Of a stretch of 32,000 nt of DNA, positions 8,247 through 17,624 are shown in pieces. The position numbers and the translations under genes are program-made. Every line of letters begins with the position of its first letter. Position 1 is the first letter of the stretch. The stretch covers positions 930,001 to 962,000 of the forward strand of contig NC_017459.1 in NCBI RefSeq assembly GCF_000237865.1, written 5' to 3'. The notes below the pieces were generated by a model. The model was not told the DNA's origin. It saw only the letters and a list, made by a program, of their open reading frames with translations, and searched no databases. Source of the stretch: Haloquadratum walsbyi C23. GTDB lineage: Archaea > Halobacteriota > Halobacteria > Halobacteriales > Haloferacaceae.

Positions 8247-9110
8247 TTATCCAATCCATGTTGTTGCGAACGCATCGAAGAAATCCTGATCTGTCGGAAC
8301 AAACGCATGCGTTATGCGTAATCGCTGTGTTCGAGCTTCCACATCATTAATAAATGCATCAACGCGGTTACGATACTGCTTAAGAAGTCGTCCACCGAAA
8401 TATGTTCGCTGACTCACATCAGATTCTACCCCCTCAAAAATTGTATCACCAGCAGGATTAGGATCAACTTCTCCCGGTGCAAGTAACTGAATGAGAATTA
8501 CATCATTTTGTGCAATTGATGCAAGTCCACTCTCAAGCGAATCAAGATCACCCAGACAGTCTGTAATAATGACAATGAGCGACCGTGAATTGATTAGCCC
8601 AGCATATGACTCCAACGCCGTGGCGAAGTCTGTCTCCCCCCTCGGTGTTGTCTCATTGACCCGATCGATTAATCCAAGCACCTCTCCACGCGTTGATGTC
8701 CCAGCATCAAGTCGTTCAGGTCGGTCTCTGAATATTGAAAACTTAAAATCATCATGTGCTTCGGCAGTAAGGTATGCATACCCCAATCCAAGTTTCGCCC
8801 CAAATTCAAATTTATGTGTGTCAATATCTGGATCACCATAGTCCATCGATGCACTCGCATCGACAAGGACGTGGACTGTTAAATTTCGTTCTTCCTCAAA
8901 CTGCTTAATATAGTACTCTCCTGTTCGTCCATAAAGTCGCCAATCAATGAGCCGCGTGTCATCACCTGGTGAATATCGCCGATAATCACTGAACGTGAGT
9001 CCTTCACCAACATCGGGTGACTCCTGTTCTCCACGTTGAATTCCTGTTGCTTCCTGCTCGAGACTCGCGTCAAATCGGTCAACCTCCTCAAGAAATGTAG
9101 GATTAATCAC
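8247..9110 (-). CDS. DUF58-family protein (vWA-like, MoxR partner)
   Basis: The ORF has the DUF58 core FSDYRRYSPGDDTRLIDWRLYGRTGEYYIKQFEEE and a MIDAS-like VLVDASASM. The GTG start overlaps the MoxR stop (GTGA at 9107..9110). Confidence 0.9.
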   Translation of the reverse strand: MINPTFLEEVDRFDASLEQEATGIQRGEQESPDVGEGLTFSDYRRYSPGDDTRLIDWRLYGRTGEYYIKQFEEERNLTVHVLVDASASMDYGDPDIDTHKFEFGAKLGLGYAYLTAEAHDDFKFSIFRDRPERLDAGTSTRGEVLGLIDRVNETTPRGETDFATALESYAGLINSRSLIVIITDCLGDLDSLESGLASIAQNDVILIQLLAPGEVDPNPAGDTIFEGVESDVSQRTYFGGRLLKQYRNRVDAFINDVEARTQRLRITHAFVPTDQDFFDAFATTWIG

Positions 9111-10066
9111 GTATATGCTGTAAGTAGATTATCAATCACATCATCGGTCGACATACCCTCACGCTCAGCACGGAAGTCAAGCAAAATCCGATGTCGTAAC
9201 ACCGGACGTGCCATTGCCGCAACATCGTCCCATGAGACATAATTACGACCTTGGAGGAATGCCCGCGCTTTTGCAGTTTGAATAAGTCCCATGCTGGCAC
9301 GTGGGCTGGCACCGAAATCTACATTATCTGCGGTTCGTGTTGCTCTGACAAGTTCGATTGCTTGATCACGAACGTCATCCGCAACAGGCACCTCCCGAAC
9401 AAGCGACTGTATTGTTGAAAGTTCATCACGCGTTAGCACGCGGTCAACAGGTGGAACAGATTCGCCCTCTGCATATAGGGTGACAATATCACGCTCTTCA
9501 GCTGCAGAGGGATAATCTAAAACAAGCTTTAATAAAAATCGATCAGTTTGGGCTTCTGGAAGTGGATACGTCCCTTCTTGATCAACTGGATTCTGGGTTG
9601 CAAGAACAAAAAATGGGCGAGGAAGATCATATGTCTCACCAGCTGCTGTCACCTGTTTTTCTTGCATTGCTTCAAGCAATGCTGCCTGCGTCTTTGGTGT
9701 CGCCCGATTAATCTCATCTGCAAGGACAACGTTCGCAAAGATAGGCCCGCGTTCAAAAACGAACTCGCGTTCGCCACCTGCTTCGCGAATTATTTCTGTT
9801 CCAGTGATATCTGATGGCATTAGATCCGGCGTGTTCTGCACACGTGAGAAGTCTAGGTCAGTCACGTCAGCAACTGTCCGAATCATTGTCGTCTTCCCAA
9901 GACCCGGATTACTCTCAAGAAGCGCATTCCCGTCTGCGAGAATACAGACTAAAAGCTGCTCAACAATTGCTTTCTGTCCAATAATCCGCTTACTAACTTC
10001 TTCACGAACGCGAGCAAGACGACCCTGTAATGCGTCGATATCGACATCAATATTGGTCTCACTCAT
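9107..10066 (-). CDS. moxR: MoxR-family AAA+ ATPase
   Basis: 319 aa. Walker A is NPGLGKT and Walker B is VVLADEINRA. The MoxR-typical RATPKTQAALLEAMQE and FFVLATQNPVDQEGTYPLPEAQTDRF motifs are present. Confidence 0.95.
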   Translation of the reverse strand: MSETNIDVDIDALQGRLARVREEVSKRIIGQKAIVEQLLVCILADGNALLESNPGLGKTTMIRTVADVTDLDFSRVQNTPDLMPSDITGTEIIREAGGEREFVFERGPIFANVVLADEINRATPKTQAALLEAMQEKQVTAAGETYDLPRPFFVLATQNPVDQEGTYPLPEAQTDRFLLKLVLDYPSAAEERDIVTLYAEGESVPPVDRVLTRDELSTIQSLVREVPVADDVRDQAIELVRATRTADNVDFGASPRASMGLIQTAKARAFLQGRNYVSWDDVAAMARPVLRHRILLDFRAEREGMSTDDVIDNLLTAYT

Positions 10067-10425
10067 CGGTCTAAATACTCACTATTCATATCTCGCTTAC
10101 GAATAATATTGGTGTTGATTCCGGCATTGGCGTTAGTTATCATTATTATTATAATTCAATCTGTTTAATATACTACTATGATTATCAATTAGACTCAAAA
10201 GCTGGGCAATTGACCAATATGGATATACAATATATGGTATAGGCATATAATCTAATGGTGCCCAAGCGCATCTATCCTGTCGATGAATACAGTGAAAACT
10301 TTGTGGCTTCTGTCTGAATTCAAACCAAGTCACGAACAAATTATGTCAAGTATCCTATATTTATTCTGAATAATGAACATCAACCAGATATGCACTTCAA
10401 AACCGCCAGAATAGTTCATTCAATC

Positions 10426-11613
10426 TCAAGACGATGCTGTTGTATCAGTTTGATCACTGTTGTCTCGAATTGCGAGGTTGTACTCTCGAATAAGCGCTGC
10501 ATTTTGCACAGCTTCATCGCTATCAAAGGCGGCTTGCTGAGTTTGGACGTCCTCAGCGCTAAAGCCACTGTTTGTGTATGCGGTGGGTGAGTCACGATCA
10601 GCGTTTCCTCCACCATCGGACCCACTCGTGGAAATAGTCGCGTTCTGTGTTTGCTGCCCCTCACGAATACTCGTTTCATCACCAAGGATTGAAGACCCAT
10701 TCTTCAATCCAGAGTATTCAGTCTCCTCACGATCACCAGCAACAGTTACTGCTGAGTCTGCTCCAAATTCGTCAAGTGATAAATCGACGACTGCTAACTG
10801 CACTGTTGCTCCACTGAGAATCATGAGAATAACGACAGCCGTTGCAACTCGCCGAAGGTTGATTAACCCAATACTTGAAGCTTGGTTGAGTCCTTTGAGT
10901 ACGTCATCGTATAATCGTTTAACGATTGCTGATTGCTGATTTGCTTCAGTTGCATCACGGGCGGTCTGTAAGGACTCCTGTAGTGATGGGTTTGCGGCTG
11001 CAAATTGATCAACCAAGGGGCGTCGAATCCGAATCCCGACCTCGATTGGAATAATAAGCAATCCAATCCCAACTCCAAGCACTGCCCCAGTTGCAATGGT
11101 CGGCTCCGTAATTGTAATTGCAATAGTATCTCGGAGTATTGTCACTATCGCTGATGGGATTGGAACACGGGACGGCATCCCTAATGGAATCCCGACAAAT
11201 AATAAAATAATATTTATAAGAAGTGTTACAATAGCAGCATCAACAACTGCATAAACAACCGCAATCTTGAACCCTTCCTTACGGATCTCAGCAAGTGCAC
11301 GCTTAATTTGTTCTTGTTGGGTCTCTATGCCACCACGGGACTGTTCAGCAGATACCTCGTCAGTTAGTTTGTTATTTCCGTTCTCACTCACTCCACCAGT
11401 GGGTGCGTTAACATCCGGATTTGCGCTTTTGTTCGCTGTCTCATCAACGGTCGTTCGTGTCAGTGCGTCTGTATCGACACTCTCATCAGGCGGAGCTTCA
11501 CCGATTCCAAATGGGTCAGGATCAAATTGAGATGACTCCGGGTCGGTCTGTTCATCTTTGCTCTCATCTGTGTTTTGATCGTCATCAACGGGTGAGTGAT
11601 TATTATCTGTCAT
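10426..11613 (-). CDS. Membrane protein of unknown function (acidic disordered N-terminus, central helix bundle)
   Basis: 395-aa ORF with halophile-like composition. Hydrophobic segments include IAVVYAVVDAAIVTLLINIILLFVGI, GAVLGVGIGLLIIPI and VATAVVILMILSGATVQLAVV. I recognise no family. Confidence 0.65.
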   Translation of the reverse strand: MTDNNHSPVDDDQNTDESKDEQTDPESSQFDPDPFGIGEAPPDESVDTDALTRTTVDETANKSANPDVNAPTGGVSENGNNKLTDEVSAEQSRGGIETQQEQIKRALAEIRKEGFKIAVVYAVVDAAIVTLLINIILLFVGIPLGMPSRVPIPSAIVTILRDTIAITITEPTIATGAVLGVGIGLLIIPIEVGIRIRRPLVDQFAAANPSLQESLQTARDATEANQQSAIVKRLYDDVLKGLNQASSIGLINLRRVATAVVILMILSGATVQLAVVDLSLDEFGADSAVTVAGDREETEYSGLKNGSSILGDETSIREGQQTQNATISTSGSDGGGNADRDSPTAYTNSGFSAEDVQTQQAAFDSDEAVQNAALIREYNLAIRDNSDQTDTTASS

Positions 11614-11702
11614 GTGATCGGTGCATTAGTGCGTGAGTGGTATATGTTAAGATATGCCGTACTACTCAGTATGCATATCAAATATATATTGATTAGTGAT
11701 GT

Positions 11703-12314
11703 TCAACAGAAACCTGGTTTATCTCCCTCAATCTGTGCGCAGGCACGATCAACTCGTGATCTCAGGAGGTCATTTTCGTTTTCAAGCCGGTCGTTTTCAC
11801 TCTCGAGACTCGAAACCTCGCCTTCAAGATCTGATACCTGCCCTTCAAGATTTGACACTTCATTTCGCAGATCCTCGGCTTCGGACTGGAGGTCATCAAC
11901 TTCACCACGGAGGTTTTGATTGACTGACTGGAGGTTTTGGACCTCTGATTCCAGTGAATTAGCCCGACGCTCTGCGGCTTGGAGATCTTGTTCTGTATTC
12001 GCGAGCTCTGTTTGTGTCTCTGATAATTGCTGTTCAGTTTGCTGAAGATTTCCAGACACCTGTGAGACATCTCCGCGAGCCGTTTCCAATGACTCGTTTA
12101 ATTCCTGCATTTGTTCTCTCGCTTTCTCCAGATCCGATCGAGCCTCGTTCAGATCGTTTCGGAGTTGCTCGTTTTGTGATTGAAGTTGACTATTCTGTGT
12201 ATCAAGCCCTTCAACCGACTCCTGGTAAAATAATGTCGCCCCAGCAGTGCCAGCGATAGTCAGACACAGTATGAGAACTAATCCAATATTAATTGACCGG
12301 CCAATTATACTCAT
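11703..12314 (-). CDS. N-terminally membrane-anchored coiled-coil protein
   Basis: 203 aa. An N-terminal helix (IGLVLILCLTIAGTAGATLFY) is followed by about 150 aa of heptad-like Q/E/L/N repeats (LQSQNEQLRNDL... EVSNLEGQVSDLEGEVSSLESENDRLENENDLL). The protein ends CAQIEGDKPGFC. The ATG overlaps the upstream gene's stop (ATGA at 12311..12314). Confidence 0.75.
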   Translation of the reverse strand: MSIIGRSINIGLVLILCLTIAGTAGATLFYQESVEGLDTQNSQLQSQNEQLRNDLNEARSDLEKAREQMQELNESLETARGDVSQVSGNLQQTEQQLSETQTELANTEQDLQAAERRANSLESEVQNLQSVNQNLRGEVDDLQSEAEDLRNEVSNLEGQVSDLEGEVSSLESENDRLENENDLLRSRVDRACAQIEGDKPGFC

Positions 12315-14713
12315 GTGAGTCCACTCTCCTGTTGCGTACGACCCTGGTACACTTGAACCCGCCGAATTACAACCTCAGTGACAAATATAACGAGTGCAAG
12401 AATTATCAATACCCATTCCCATCGCTGTTCAACATCACGAACTCGGGTTGATTGTTGTCTTGCAAATTCCGCAATCTCAGCGGTGTCACTCGGCTCAAAC
12501 TGACGACCATCGGTTGCTCTGACCGCCTCACTCAGGGCTGGCGCCGTTCCAAATCCGGCGTACTCGGCAGGATAATTTGCAGCATATGTCGCTCCGCTAA
12601 TTTCTTTGAACCCTTCTGTTTCGGGTGTGACACTTGCACGGTAGACACCATCACGAACCGCACGGAATGAGGCTGAGGCATTTGTTGGTGGAGAGTCCCC
12701 ACGGTATGTGATTGTGGCTGGTGATCCAACACGAGTGTCATCAGCGCCAGTTACCCCTGTTGTCTTTCGTTCTGGATTTCCAATCGCATAATTAACTGAT
12801 TTAGTGACGAGTAATGAGTCTGGTTCGTTGAGAAGTCCACCAAGACCACCACCCGATTGATATGCTGTGATGGTCGCAACACGTCCGAGTCCATACCGCC
12901 ATGCGGCAACTGCTGGGTCTCCATTTGAGCCAGCAACGAGGAATGTCCCTCCGGGGCGAACAGACACATCATTTACTTGATCAGGCGTTGCTGTCACCTC
13001 AGCACCACTTGTAATGAAATGTCCTGAATCAACAATCGTCAATCCTTCTCCGTCAAATTGCCGACCACTCCCACCGAATAAAATCCGAAGACGATCAGTC
13101 TCATTTGCTTGGAAATACGTCCCGCCAGAGATATCCGCGATTTGTTCTAGCAGCGGTTCGTTCACGCGCTGTCCTGCACCAACGGTGATTACACGTACTC
13201 CTCGTCTTCCAAGTGACTCCGCAACGACTGTTGCCCGACTCCGAGCGTCAACACCATCGCTAATAAGGATGACTGTCCCACGCTGTCCATCAAGCATCTC
13301 CTCTGCACCACGAAGTCCATTCGCAATATTTGTTCCACCGCCAGCGCGGAGTTGTCGGATACGTTGGCGCGTGGTATCACGATTTTCAGTAAGTTGCTCA
13401 AGTCCAACTACCTCGTAGGCCTGTCGATTGAACCCAACGACCCCAACACTTGTTGAATCACCTAATTGACCAAGTGCATTGAGTGCAACTGCTTTTTGAA
13501 TTTGCATCCCACTCCCGGTACTCCCGGAGACATCTATTGCAAGAATGACGCGTGCGCTTCCCGGCGTCCCTTCACCAACTTGAACTGGAAGTATTGTTCC
13601 GATTGATGATGAATCATATCCACCACCCTCGAAACCATTTGGACCTCCGAGCATGAGAAGCCCATTTCCATCAATAACAAACCGCTGGAGTCGCTCAATA
13701 TTTCCGAGATCATCTGCTGCTGTATTCTGGACGACAACTGCATAGTATGGATCCAGCGTTTCAGGGACGGAACTAGCCGTTTCAACGGTATACAACTGCT
13801 GAAGATATGATTGCAGTGGGTACTCTCCCTGTGACACATACAATATTGTTGGTTTATTGACAACACGAATTGTTGATCGAGCGATATTGTTCTGTGAGTA
13901 TGTGTCATCATTTTCGATTGCCGCGGTAACTCTATGTGCACCAACTGACTCAAATGTATGTCTCACGGGAATACGTCCAGTTCCATTATCAAGCGTCTCC
14001 TCTGTAACCTGTTCACCATCAATACTCACCGTCACTGTCACTGGGTCAGTCGCTTCCACACCGCGGACTCTCGTGAGAATTTGACTTTCGACACCAACAC
14101 TTGTCTTTGAGGGACCGGTGAGTGTTACATATCGTTCAGTCTGTGTCGAATCAAATGCAACGGTGCTGATGGTTGCATTTATTGACCGTGCAAATTCCGC
14201 TGTCGCTGATAACGATTGTCCACCGGTTGCCTGTCCATCGGAGACAACGACTACTGACCCATTTTCTTGGAGATTCGCAGCAATCCCATCCCCAATCGGT
14301 GAGCGTTCTCCACGGGCGATTGTTGAGACAGTCGCTGGTATTCCTTCAGATTCAATCCCTTCGACTAACTCTTCAGTTTGGTTTGGACCGACAGCAGTGC
14401 TATTTGAACGATCAACGAGTAAGGAGACAGATGGATCGCCTGTGGTCTCCATTGTAATAACAGTGAATGGACCAGCGGCTGCGAAGACGAGTAGTGCAAT
14501 AACTGTGATTCGGGATATAGCAAAAAGCCGTCGACTTCGCGCTGATGCGGTCCCTGACGCACGATAATTGATGAATCCAATGACGGCTGCAATCGCAATT
14601 GGTAGAGCGATGAGCGCAAGTGGTCGATTAAGTCCGACGACAATATCACCAAACGATGTCCGAACACTGAGCGGGACATCATAACTTAGCATAGTAATAT
14701 TCATTATCATCAT
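12311..14713 (-). CDS. Large membrane-anchored protein with two von Willebrand factor A (vWA)-like regions
   Basis: 800 aa with N-terminal and C-terminal hydrophobic helices. DxSxS MIDAS-type motifs are LLVDRSNST and ILAIDVSGSTGS, followed by GGTNIANGL and VILISDG. The ATG overlaps the upstream stop (ATGA at 14710..14713). Confidence 0.85.
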   Translation of the reverse strand: MMIMNITMLSYDVPLSVRTSFGDIVVGLNRPLALIALPIAIAAVIGFINYRASGTASARSRRLFAISRITVIALLVFAAAGPFTVITMETTGDPSVSLLVDRSNSTAVGPNQTEELVEGIESEGIPATVSTIARGERSPIGDGIAANLQENGSVVVVSDGQATGGQSLSATAEFARSINATISTVAFDSTQTERYVTLTGPSKTSVGVESQILTRVRGVEATDPVTVTVSIDGEQVTEETLDNGTGRIPVRHTFESVGAHRVTAAIENDDTYSQNNIARSTIRVVNKPTILYVSQGEYPLQSYLQQLYTVETASSVPETLDPYYAVVVQNTAADDLGNIERLQRFVIDGNGLLMLGGPNGFEGGGYDSSSIGTILPVQVGEGTPGSARVILAIDVSGSTGSGMQIQKAVALNALGQLGDSTSVGVVGFNRQAYEVVGLEQLTENRDTTRQRIRQLRAGGGTNIANGLRGAEEMLDGQRGTVILISDGVDARSRATVVAESLGRRGVRVITVGAGQRVNEPLLEQIADISGGTYFQANETDRLRILFGGSGRQFDGEGLTIVDSGHFITSGAEVTATPDQVNDVSVRPGGTFLVAGSNGDPAVAAWRYGLGRVATITAYQSGGGLGGLLNEPDSLLVTKSVNYAIGNPERKTTGVTGADDTRVGSPATITYRGDSPPTNASASFRAVRDGVYRASVTPETEGFKEISGATYAANYPAEYAGFGTAPALSEAVRATDGRQFEPSDTAEIAEFARQQSTRVRDVEQRWEWVLIILALVIFVTEVVIRRVQVYQGRTQQESGLT

Positions 14714-16506
14714 AGGTCACCTCGCCGCCGAAGAAGCACAATTTCTCCAATAATAACAGTAGCTCCGCCAAGAACAACTATCCACCCGAGTGGACGAGGA
14801 ACCTGTGTCTCTCGCTCACGCGTTTGAGCATCAATCTCCGATGATTGCTCATCAAGTGATTCAACCGCGACTGCAGATTCAGTACTACTGTATAACGATA
14901 CACCACGCTGGGATCCACCGACAGAATAAAATCCGGTCTGATCAAGTGAAATAACCTGCCCGTCGATAGATTCACCATCTGGCGTCTCAACTGCTGTCAC
15001 GTTCTCAAACTGTAATTGTGCCCCCGTTTGTTGATTAAGTGTCGATAATGGTTCACGACCGGCGAGATAAAATATCGCTCGCTTCCAAAAGACTGGATAT
15101 TGGTAATTGAATCGGAATGGATCATTGTCGACAACGCTTCCATAATATAATACCCGTCCGTTTGCCCGTCTTTCTGTTGCAAGGATTGGAGTTCCATCTG
15201 TTGTTGCAAGAAGTGACTGCCCTCCGGTTAGTGACCCAGTTAGGTATGTTTCCGGTGGCGTAAATCCAATTCCTCGTGTAAGCTCACTTTGCTGTGGTCG
15301 GTCAAGGGCTGGATTTGACCCTGTTCCCTGTGGGTCAATTAACAGGAGGTCACGGTATGCCGCTGGTGGCGATTGCTGTGCGATGACGCCAACACCACCA
15401 CCATTGGCGAGGACATCACGCCCTGCTTCAACATTTCCGTCGAGAAGACGCTCTGATTCAAGATCACTATAGAGAATCACATCATAGTTATTTTGAACCG
15501 CTGTCGGTGGTTGTGCAACCGTCAATGATACCTCTTCAACTACAGACAGCGCTGTCGTAAGATAGCTATTCGGGTCATTACTCAATAATAAAACGTTTAC
15601 TCGCTGGTCTGATGGCGCAGCTATATACGCGACATCGTCAATCGAAAGATCATCACTCGGCGTTAATTGAGCGCGACCACCACCAGCGGGCACTGGAAGT
15701 GTTACTCGCTGCACACCACCGGGAGTAAGTGTTAATGATATCTGAGATCTCCCGAGTGTAACTGTACGTCTAACCTCTCTATCGGCAAAATTCTGTATAG
15801 TTAATGTCACATTTGATCGGCTGAACGATCGTGCGGTGATGCCAACGTTTGCCCCTCCACGATCAAATTGCTGAAGTGATACTTGTACACCCCGCGCTTG
15901 CGCTGATTGAACAGCCTGGCGCCAACGATCACCTGCAAAATCGCTAAATACAGCAATCCGTGCGTTTTCCCCCGCAATCGCAGTTGCGCGTGAGATTGCT
16001 GCATTGAGATTCCCGGGCGCATCAGTTGGGCGTAACTCTGCTAGTGTTGTCTGTACTTCTGATGCGCCGCCAGACCGAAGCACAACCGATGATGTAGATC
16101 CAGCGAAAATAACGGAATTAGTGCTGCTTGTCGTTTCCCTCGCAGCAGCTATTGCAGCTGTAAATCGTGTTCCATCACCGGTATTCACTTGCATACTTGC
16201 ACTCCCATCAATCACAAGTATTGTTTCAGAGACAGTTTGTGACTCTGCAACAGAGATGTACGGTCCAGCAATTGATACGGCAAGCAGAATGACAACAAGA
16301 ATTTGCAACAGCAATAACAGATTTTGCTTGATTCGGTCAAACAGCGGTCGTGAGGCGTCCTGTTGCGTGTCTTCAAACAACAGCTCAACCGTTGGTAACT
16401 CAACACGACGTGGATCAGGTTGAATAAAATAAAGAATGAGAATCGGTATGAGTGCTGCGAGCGCCATAATCCCGATGGGCGCGAGAAACACGTCCGAAAG
16501 TACCAT
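14710..16506 (-). CDS. BatA-like protein (aerotolerance-regulator-type N-terminal double helix plus a vWA-like domain)
   Basis: The N-terminus FLAPIGIMALAALIPILILYFIQPDPRRVELPTVELL resembles the BatA N-terminal domain. The protein also has ILVIDGSASM (DxSxS) and a C-terminal anchor WIVVLGGATVIIGEIVLLRRR. The ORF track's start at 16518 is GTG; the first ATG is at 16506. Confidence 0.8.
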   Translation of the reverse strand: MVLSDVFLAPIGIMALAALIPILILYFIQPDPRRVELPTVELLFEDTQQDASRPLFDRIKQNLLLLLQILVVILLAVSIAGPYISVAESQTVSETILVIDGSASMQVNTGDGTRFTAAIAAARETTSSTNSVIFAGSTSSVVLRSGGASEVQTTLAELRPTDAPGNLNAAISRATAIAGENARIAVFSDFAGDRWRQAVQSAQARGVQVSLQQFDRGGANVGITARSFSRSNVTLTIQNFADREVRRTVTLGRSQISLTLTPGGVQRVTLPVPAGGGRAQLTPSDDLSIDDVAYIAAPSDQRVNVLLLSNDPNSYLTTALSVVEEVSLTVAQPPTAVQNNYDVILYSDLESERLLDGNVEAGRDVLANGGGVGVIAQQSPPAAYRDLLLIDPQGTGSNPALDRPQQSELTRGIGFTPPETYLTGSLTGGQSLLATTDGTPILATERRANGRVLYYGSVVDNDPFRFNYQYPVFWKRAIFYLAGREPLSTLNQQTGAQLQFENVTAVETPDGESIDGQVISLDQTGFYSVGGSQRGVSLYSSTESAVAVESLDEQSSEIDAQTRERETQVPRPLGWIVVLGGATVIIGEIVLLRRRGDL

Positions 16507-16618
16507 ATCCCGATTCACGGAATCCGGCGGTATGCCTCTTTCGTCACTGATTTGCGAGCATCAGCCTAATCATGTCTTCGCTCTAATATGACCAACCAAT
16601 GATGCTCAGCACACGCAT

Positions 16619-17311
16619 TCAGATATTGAGAGCATCACACACACCAGTGAGTGTCTCAACGGTAAGATGAGGACCAGGACCGAACGGCTCAGACGGGGTC
16701 TCTTTCCGATTAACCCAGACTGCCTGTGTGCCAGCATGCACAGCGCCGACAATATCAAACCATCCTGCAGTGATATGAGCAATTGCACCAATCGGCGTTC
16801 CAGTCCGTGCTGCACCATGTCGATACAATTCCGCAGCAGGCTTGAATGCCGACACCTCTGCGGCGCTGATTACCCCAGCGATAATATCCCCAATCCCGGT
16901 GTGTTCGACCATTGTAGATAACATCTCAGGATTTCCGTTCGATAGAACATAACAGTCGTACCCAGCTGCATTAAGTCGCTCAATGCTATCACGCACGTCA
17001 TCAAAAACATCGAGTTCATGATATACAGCAAGGATCTCATCGCGCTCGCTCGATGATAACGCAACGTCGTGTGCATCAAGTGCGTACTGAAGTGCGTCTC
17101 GATTCATCTCATAAAATGACTGATATGTATCAATCTGATTTGCAATAAAGGTGTATGCAAGTGAGCGTGATCGCCATAGTCGTGAGATCGGTCTTGGACT
17201 TTCAACACGTCTGTTAAGCGCTTGTTCAGCTGCCTCAACATCAACGAGTGTACTATACGAATCGAATGTAACCGTTTGAACCCGGTCAGGGTCAAAATCT
17301 GCTGGCATCAT
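16619..17311 (-). CDS. HAD-superfamily hydrolase, type II (L-2-haloacid dehalogenase-like)
   Basis: Motif I is TFDSYSTLVDV, motif II is VLSNGN, the motif III lysine lies in FKPAAELY, and a motif IV-like WFDIVGAVHAGTQAVWVNR is present. Confidence 0.8.
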   Translation of the reverse strand: MMPADFDPDRVQTVTFDSYSTLVDVEAAEQALNRRVESPRPISRLWRSRSLAYTFIANQIDTYQSFYEMNRDALQYALDAHDVALSSSERDEILAVYHELDVFDDVRDSIERLNAAGYDCYVLSNGNPEMLSTMVEHTGIGDIIAGVISAAEVSAFKPAAELYRHGAARTGTPIGAIAHITAGWFDIVGAVHAGTQAVWVNRKETPSEPFGPGPHLTVETLTGVCDALNI

Positions 17312-17624
17312 TTATATACTAACAAGCATACTGAAAGAGGTTGGCGGCAGTGTCGAATAATATAATAGTTTCAGTATTATCGAATGATCATGAAGATGTT
17401 TGATTAATACAATCTCGACACATACAGCAGATCTGAAACGACCGTAATCGGCGACGTGAATTCTGGACACTGACGGTGGTAGACACATACTCCATCAGTT
17501 TCTGCAACGTCGTGTTCTCGGTGGGGATTATCTTGATTTATTTTCACGGAAGCAACAAGTGAACCAGGTGAAGTACCCCGAGTACGGTAGCGCGGAACTC
17601 GCGCTGCTTTCCATTTAGCCTACC

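Noticed and set aside
7998-8321. 107-aa plus-strand ORF in the gap between the membrane-protein gene and the DUF58 gene.
   Set aside because: It is Cys-rich and basic, unlike every credible protein in the window. It overlaps the 3' end of the DUF58 gene, and part of it is just the (GCTTTGC)x3 repeat read as protein.
10067-10425. ORFs 10133..10339 and 10390..10590 in the AT-rich gap upstream of moxR.
   Set aside because: Their composition is typical of AT-rich non-coding DNA read as protein (Asn/Ile/Tyr-rich). The second is antisense to the 3' end of the 395-aa gene. The gap is more plausibly the moxR-DUF58 promoter region.
12311-16518. Many 60-150-aa ORFs on the plus strand inside the large minus-strand vWA genes (e.g. 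13014..13418, 14118..14567, 16004..16423). Similar antisense ORFs lie inside other genes (19621..20202, 28447..28881, 28667..29107, 26383..26802).
   Set aside because: These are shadow ORFs antisense to long ORFs that have clear domain signatures. Their products are basic, Ser/Arg/Cys-rich and non-halophilic in composition.
8247-16518. The MoxR/vWA cluster as an anti-phage or conflict system of the MoxR-vWA ternary type.
   Set aside because: No effector (nuclease, protease, TIR, pore-former) or sensor repeat domain is recognisable. The architecture matches the widespread Bat-like housekeeping module better. It is kept as a finding only for its unclassified middle genes.
17312-17624. Possible small gene, RNA or terminator hairpin (AGCGCG-gaact-CGCGCT at 17590..17606) between the HAD and metF genes.
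   Set aside because: Only peptides of 28-47 aa with implausible composition can be read. The hairpin is short and is not followed by a T-run on the metF strand. I found no tRNA-like cloverleaf.
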